Shown piece after piece: positions 7,941 through 12,130 of a stretch of DNA of 12,130 bases. The DNA is from an uncultured archaeon (GTDB lineage Archaea > Thermoproteota > EX4484-205 > JAAOZP01): positions 1-12,130 of the forward strand of contig CALIBN010000044.1 in assembly GCA_938045545.1 (NCBI GenBank). Reading direction: 5' to 3'. Under the pieces are notes generated by a model. That model searched no databases. It worked only from the letters and a program-made list of their open reading frames with translations, and was not told the origin of the DNA. The translations under genes and the position numbers were made by a program. Within the stretch, counting starts at the first letter, position 1; every line of letters starts with the position of its first letter.

Positions 7941-8978
7941 TTATCTCGACCAGCGTTCCTCCACGGGAGGAAGTCTCGGGAAGGGCGCGTGGGGCTCAGT
8001 CTGATACCAGTATGCGACTGAAGCAATATCGTCAGTAAGAGGCTGGAATTTACGGTCGGGATACCATCCTAATGCTTGAATAGTAACCTTCAGGTCGCTC
8101 CTGAACCTCACGGGGTCTAGTATGTGCCACCTGTAAAGCGCGTGTCTAGGAACCTCCCCTGGCTCCCTCCTGTAGAGAGGATAGCCTAGGAATGCTGTTG
8201 AAAAAGTTTCACCGCCGAAGCACCATGCTCCTCCGAAGTAATCCTCCGTCCCAGTTCCACAGATCGTCGGATACTCCGTGTCACCGTCTATGAAGAATTT
8301 TATTTCCCCTTCTCCCCACCAGCCGTTCGACATTTGAGTCCACGCTAACACTGTTCCAACGTAGTGTCCGCTTCCCCTGACACCGTCAAGTATCGTGTGC
8401 TGCGGGTTATCCCTAGTGGTCATCGAACGCCTCCACTGCGCGTGGAAATAAGCCATTTTACCCCCAACTTCCTCAAGGGAGTACGTGATCTGGTAGTAGA
8501 ACCCACCTATGTCCTCCATCCACTGGTTTTCGACTGTTATTACCGCGCTTCTCCTGAACGGCATTGGGAAGTAGCAGTTGAACCCTCCAGAGGGGTTTAC
8601 CGCAATAGGTATTGAGTTAACATTATACCTCAACCCGTGGCAGTTCGCGAAGAAGTCTCCGAGAGGAACTTCAACAGACGGCTTCTCCTCACCATCCCAG
8701 TAGAAGCGTAGCACGCAGTTCCTGTACGCTTTAGGATCAACCGTGAGCCAGATGTGGCGGATGAAACCGCTTCCCCTTATGTCTGCAAGCTTAACTGTCT
8801 CCCCCTTTGGCAGCGTTATGCAGGGCCTCACCTTCCAGCCTTTCCCAAGCCTCGAAGCAGGGCTTTTATCATCCGGAGCCTCCATCGCTCCCCCTCCCTT
8901 TTCACCAGTAGGGTTCTCAGCTGAAATTGAACGTGTCTCCGCATCACTCAGCTCGGGAAGAGAGTGTAGGAACACCAT
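7941..8978 (-). CDS. DUF2961 / glycoside hydrolase family GH172 protein (alpha-D-arabinofuranosidase / alpha-D-fructofuranosidase-like)
   Basis: Motifs RSISAENPTGEKGGG, GKGWKVRPC, LRFYWDGEEKPSVEVPLGDFF, FHAQWRR, WWGEGE, GTGTEDYFGGAW, YRWHILDP and DDIASVAYWYQ. The Glu residues in WWGEGE and GTEDYF correspond to the family's catalytic pair. I prefer ATG 8978 (preceded by SD-like GGTG) over the track's GTG at 8987. Confidence 0.9.
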   Translation of the reverse strand: MVFLHSLPELSDAETRSISAENPTGEKGGGAMEAPDDKSPASRLGKGWKVRPCITLPKGETVKLADIRGSGFIRHIWLTVDPKAYRNCVLRFYWDGEEKPSVEVPLGDFFANCHGLRYNVNSIPIAVNPSGGFNCYFPMPFRRSAVITVENQWMEDIGGFYYQITYSLEEVGGKMAYFHAQWRRSMTTRDNPQHTILDGVRGSGHYVGTVLAWTQMSNGWWGEGEIKFFIDGDTEYPTICGTGTEDYFGGAWCFGGETFSTAFLGYPLYRREPGEVPRHALYRWHILDPVRFRSDLKVTIQALGWYPDRKFQPLTDDIASVAYWYQTEPHAPFPRLPPVEERWSR

Positions 8979-9009
8979 TTCTAACACCGTCCTATGCTAA
9001 TGCCTCCTT

Positions 9010-9023
9010 TAAATAAGCCTTTC
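9010..9023 (-). promoter_or_regulatory. BRE/TATA promoter of the GH172 gene
   Basis: Minus strand GAAA-GG-CTTATTTA, ending 31 nt before ATG 8978. Confidence 0.6.
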
Positions 9024-9067
9024 TTGAGAAGGCCCTGTTTAACATTTAAATTTTTCACTACCGACAG

Positions 9068-10045
9068 CTAAAGGAGCTCAACCTCGCTGGAGATGCCGAG
9101 CTTTCTAGCCTTCCTGTAGACTAGGGCTGCCGCGGCCAAGTCCTGTATTGCTAAACCCGTGGAATCGAACACCGTTATCTCGTCATCACTGGTCCTCCCT
9201 GCTTTTCTCCCAACTATGATCTCGCCCAGTTCCGCATGTATTTGCTCAGGCTTGAAAATGCCTTTTGAAACCGGAACGTTCAGCTCACCATAGTGGCAGG
9301 CCTGCTCGTAATCATCCACGACAACCTTCGCCCTCTTCAGAATCTCGGGGTCCAATTCTTCCTTTCCAGGGGCGTCTGCACCTATAGCGTTAATATGCAT
9401 GCCATCTTCAATCCATTCGTTTTCAACCAGGGGCTGGGTTACCGGCGTGGTCGTCACGATAATGTCGCAGCCCCTAACTGTTTCCTCCACGCCCTCTTCA
9501 ATCAGGATTCTTAGGCCGAGATGCTGCATGTCTCTCACGAACCCTTCGCACTCCGTTCTCGTCTTAGCACAAACCCTGACCTCCTCTATGTTGAAAACCT
9601 CGTTTAAGGCGAGAAGCTGAGTCCTCGCCTGAGACCCTGCGCCGACCATCCCGATGACTCTTGAATTCCTCCTCGCAAGATGCTTAGCGGCCACACCCCC
9701 CGTAGCTCCTGTCCTCATGCTGGTTAGGTAGGTGCCGTCCATAATAGCCAGGGGTCTCCCAGTATCGGGCTCTATGAGGACCATCGTCGCCATGACGGTT
9801 GGTAAGCTGTGTTTCCAAGGGTTATTGGGGTGCACGTTCACTATTTTCACGCACGCCATGTCGAGATCAGGAATATAGGCCATCATCGTTCTGAAATCGC
9901 CATCCGGGAGGGTGACGTAAACCTTCATCGGCATCTGAACCCTCCCCATTGCCTTGGCCCTGAAAGCATCCTCCATGGCGCCCATTAATTCCCTCATTGA
10001 AACAATTCTTTCAATGTCTTTTCTCATTATTAACGAGACTTTCAT
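9068..10045 (-). CDS. ala: Archaeal-type alanine dehydrogenase (ornithine cyclodeaminase / mu-crystallin family)
   Basis: Motifs MPMKVYV...GDFRTM...VKIVNVHPNNP...LPTVMA...TSMRTGA, Rossmann GAGSQA, HINAIGADAPGKEELD and FDSTGLAIQD. This pattern resembles the Archaeoglobus AF1665-type AlaDH; the exact substrate is not provable from sequence. Confidence 0.8.
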   Translation of the reverse strand: MKVSLIMRKDIERIVSMRELMGAMEDAFRAKAMGRVQMPMKVYVTLPDGDFRTMMAYIPDLDMACVKIVNVHPNNPWKHSLPTVMATMVLIEPDTGRPLAIMDGTYLTSMRTGATGGVAAKHLARRNSRVIGMVGAGSQARTQLLALNEVFNIEEVRVCAKTRTECEGFVRDMQHLGLRILIEEGVEETVRGCDIIVTTTPVTQPLVENEWIEDGMHINAIGADAPGKEELDPEILKRAKVVVDDYEQACHYGELNVPVSKGIFKPEQIHAELGEIIVGRKAGRTSDDEITVFDSTGLAIQDLAAAALVYRKARKLGISSEVELL

Positions 10046-10069
10046 CCAACGTTTTACTCCAATTTTCAG

Positions 10070-10083
10070 TATTTAAGAGTTTT
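10070..10083 (-). promoter_or_regulatory. BRE/TATA promoter of ala
   Basis: Minus strand AAAA-CT-CTTAAATA, ending 24 nt before ATG 10045. Confidence 0.6.
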
Positions 10084-10238
10084 ACCTTCTTCCATCAGTC
10101 TTCCCCAGCTGAAACAGATTAGCGTATCTGAAAAACATTTGGCGAATCCTCATGGTTTTAAAGCACTAGAAATCTGCTGCAGCTGACAGTAAATAGTCTC
10201 CCGGTTCTCGAAAGCATAGCGGTGCGAGGTGCTTCTTG

Positions 10239-10424
10239 TCAATCGACTTTTATCTCATACTTGTTAGCCAATATTTCCATCTGCTCGTCGAAGTTTCGAA
10301 CACCTTGGAAGTAGAGCTTAGTTGCCTCGTCGTCCAGCTTTTCCTTCCCAATTTTATTCAGCAACGCTTCAGCTATTTTCTCAGCCCTAGTCTTCTCGTT
10401 CTTCTTTTTCCCGAACAGCACCAT
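10239..10424 (-). CDS. Small hypothetical protein (61 aa, Lys/Glu-rich, probably helical)
   Basis: It fills the gap between the isomerase and ala on the same strand, has a protein-like composition, and has its own BRE/TATA 24 nt upstream. I recognise no family. Confidence 0.65.
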   Translation of the reverse strand: MVLFGKKKNEKTRAEKIAEALLNKIGKEKLDDEATKLYFQGVRNFDEQMEILANKYEIKVD

Positions 10425-10448
10425 TTTCCCGAGTCCTCTGCAGGGAAA

Positions 10449-10462
10449 TTTATAAGTCTTTC
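10449..10462 (-). promoter_or_regulatory. BRE/TATA promoter of the 61-aa ORF
   Basis: Minus strand GAAA-GA-CTTATAAA, ending 24 nt before ATG 10424. Confidence 0.6.
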
Positions 10463-10487
10463 CTTCCCCTCTTGGGCATCGAGAAGA

Positions 10488-11318
10488 TCAACAGGTTTTC
10501 AGGATCTCCTCGATTATCCTCTTCGCCTTCAGAATGTCTTCAACCTGCTTAGGCCCAGCGATCTCCCTCTCAATCGTTATCGCACCCCTGTAACCCATGG
10601 AAACAAGCTTAGGAATAAACACCCTGTAGTTCACCTTCCCCTCTCCCAAGGGTTTCTCCTGTCCCAGAGCATAACCGTCTCTCGGGTATTCCCCATCCTT
10701 CGCGTGAACACCCTTAACATACCTCCCGATAACGTCTAAAGCATCAACCGGGTTCGCCTTACCGTAGAGGATCAGGTTTCCAGCGTCGAAGTTCACTCCA
10801 ACGTTGTCAAGCCCAATGTCCTGAATTGTTCTAAGCAGCGTCACCGGGGTTTCCTGGCCTGTTTCAAACCAGAACTCCTGCCCGTTCCCACCAATGTAGC
10901 TTATCACCTCACTAAGGGTCGGGATCAGAGTAATGTAGTGAGGGTCATTCGGGTTCTCCGGTATGAAGCCGACGTGCGTGGTAACGCTTCCGACGCCAAC
11001 CTTCCTAGTGAAGTCTGAGGCTTTCTTCAAGGCTTTAACCCTGGCCTCTCTTGTTTCAAGCGGAACCAGCCCGATTGTCAACGGTCCCTGGACGAAATTC
11101 CACACCGGAGTGCCTGGCAACCCGCTCCAAATGGTTGTTATCTCAACACCGTAGTCCTCAGCGGTCTTCCTCAACATTAACGCCACCTCGTCGTTAAAAT
11201 ACTCCATCGTCCAGCAGGAGACCTGCGCGGTTGGAAACCCGTACTCATTTAGTTTTTTAAACTCTTCCTCCATTTTTGGCTTTAAGCCGACGATTACTCC
11301 AAGCTTTAGATCAGCCAT
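10488..11318 (-). CDS. Sugar phosphate isomerase/epimerase family protein (xylose isomerase-like / AP endonuclease 2 TIM barrel)
   Basis: Metal-ligand pattern E (FETGQE), D (VNFDAGN), H (VHAKDG) and E (TIERE), plus PLGEGKVN. Start moved from 11342 to ATG 11318 (MADLKLGVIV) because the TATA box lies only 6 nt upstream of 11342. Confidence 0.85.
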   Translation of the reverse strand: MADLKLGVIVGLKPKMEEEFKKLNEYGFPTAQVSCWTMEYFNDEVALMLRKTAEDYGVEITTIWSGLPGTPVWNFVQGPLTIGLVPLETREARVKALKKASDFTRKVGVGSVTTHVGFIPENPNDPHYITLIPTLSEVISYIGGNGQEFWFETGQETPVTLLRTIQDIGLDNVGVNFDAGNLILYGKANPVDALDVIGRYVKGVHAKDGEYPRDGYALGQEKPLGEGKVNYRVFIPKLVSMGYRGAITIEREIAGPKQVEDILKAKRIIEEILKTC

Positions 11319-11348
11319 CTTCCATCCACAATCTATTTCCATCGGCAG

Positions 11349-11362
11349 TTAATAAGAGTTTC
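11349..11362 (-). promoter_or_regulatory. BRE/TATA promoter of the isomerase gene
   Basis: Minus strand GAAA-CT-CTTATTAA, ending 30 nt before ATG 11318. Confidence 0.6.
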
Positions 11363-11405
11363 ATTGAAAAGCGTTAACTTCCTTAACCATAAGGATAGTG
11401 CTGTT

Positions 11406-11419
11406 AAAAAGTTTAAAAG
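11406..11419 (+). promoter_or_regulatory. BRE/TATA promoter of the asparaginase gene
   Basis: AAAA-AG-TTTAAAAG, ending 25 nt before ATG 11445; no SD sequence. Confidence 0.6.
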
Positions 11420-11444
11420 AGATTTTCAGTCTCCCTACAAGGCT

Positions 11445-12130
11445 ATGAAAGCAATCATAGCGACATGGTCTTTTGGGCTGAAAGCAGTGGAATCCGGGTG
11501 GAGGGTTCTCCGCGAAGGCGGGTCTGCGCTGGATGCTGTTGAAACAGCCATAAGAGTGGTTGAGAACGATTTTTCAAACAGGTCCGTCGGGCTCGGCGGG
11601 TATCCTAATATTGCTGGCTTCGTCGAACTGGATGCTGCGATAATGGACGGTTCAACTCTTAGAGCGGGCTCGGTGGCAGCGGTGAGAAACGTTCAGAACC
11701 CGATATCCCTAGCTAGAAAAGTCATGGAAAACACTCCTCATGTTATGATTGCTGGAGAGGGTGCGACTAAGCTGGCTAAGTTCTTCGGCCTATACGTGGA
11801 TAGGGCTGACCTCCAGCCTGAAGCAAGAATGGAATGGGAGAAACGGTTGAAAACCGCTCTATCCGCCTCCCCAAGGGAGGGCTCGATCGACTACTGGCTT
11901 AAACTGGCTGCTGAAGGAGGCTTTAATCACGATACGATAGGCTGCGTAGCCATGGATGAGAACCGGAATATTGTTGCCGGCTGCTCCACAAGCGGGTATG
12001 CTTTCAAACTCGTAGGCAGGGTTGGCGACTCTCCGATAATAGGCGCCGGTCTATACGCTAACAGCTTTGGAGGCGCAGCAGCCACAGGCCTGGGGGAAAA
12101 CATAATGATCCATAATGTTTCGAGGCGGGT
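11445..12130 (+). CDS. Type-2 asparaginase family Ntn hydrolase, glycosylasparaginase-like (N4-(beta-N-acetylglucosaminyl)-L-asparaginase / isoaspartyl peptidase); runs off the right edge
   Basis: Manual translation: MKAIIATWSFG...GGSALDAVE...SVGLGGYPN...VELDAAIMDG...AGSVAAV...NPISLARKVMENTPHVMIAGEGA...NHD/TIGCVAMD...AGCSTSG...GRVGDSPIIGAGLYA...AAATGLGE. The autocleavage site His-Asp-Thr is at 11928-11936. Confidence 0.9.
   Translation, partial: MKAIIATWSFGLKAVESGWRVLREGGSALDAVETAIRVVENDFSNRSVGLGGYPNIAGFVELDAAIMDGSTLRAGSVAAVRNVQNPISLARKVMENTPHVMIAGEGATKLAKFFGLYVDRADLQPEARMEWEKRLKTALSASPREGSIDYWLKLAAEGGFNHDTIGCVAMDENRNIVAGCSTSGYAFKLVGRVGDSPIIGAGLYANSFGGAAATGLGENIMIHNVSRR

Noticed and set aside
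10084-10238. Possible small ORF or ncRNA in the spacer (short minus-strand ORF MRIRQMFFRY..., hairpin CAGAT-N6-ATCTG)
   Set aside because: The ORF is under 25 aa with no properly spaced promoter, the 5-bp stem is within chance, and there is no tRNA or C/D-box architecture.
10239-10424. TKLYFQG in the 61-aa ORF resembles a TEV protease site (ENLYFQG)
   Set aside because: It is only a partial match in a native genomic context with no vector or tag sequence, so it is coincidental.
8364-11154. Plus-strand ORFs 8364-8615, 8743-9000, 9293-9514, 9399-9620, 10236-10739 and 10963-11154
   Set aside because: They are antisense to GH172, ala, the 61-aa ORF and the isomerase, and have no recognisable features.
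1-12130. CRISPR array, tRNA/rRNA, IS element or integrase
   Set aside because: I saw no regularly spaced repeats, cloverleaf or rRNA-like segments, terminal inverted repeats, or transposase/recombinase ORFs; the intergenic spaces are short.

Overview
Archaeal genomic window: nearly every gene has a BRE+TATA promoter, and it carries an AbrB-PhoU regulator and an Archaeoglobus-type alanine dehydrogenase. A TACK lineage such as Bathyarchaeia or Brockarchaeia is my inference only. A complete phosphate-uptake module (divergent AbrB-PhoU regulator plus pstS-pstC-pstA-pstB-phoU, 998-6511) sits inside a loose cluster of cytoplasmic glycan and glycopeptide catabolic genes. These are xylulokinase (partial, left edge, missed by the ORF track), a CE7 acetyl esterase, a GH172/DUF2961 furanosidase, a TIM-barrel sugar isomerase/epimerase and a glycosylasparaginase-type Ntn hydrolase (partial, right edge, missed by the ORF track). 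Between CE7 and GH172 lies a multiply frameshifted pseudogene of a short ferritin-like/rubrerythrin-family protein whose promoter is intact. A 61-aa orphan ORF has its own promoter. The most interesting hypotheses are an archaeal D-arabinofuranoside/glycoprotein scavenging route, a CTATATAG-type candidate operator for the phosphate regulator, and insertion of the Pst block into the sugar locus. I found no RNA genes, CRISPR arrays or transposases.
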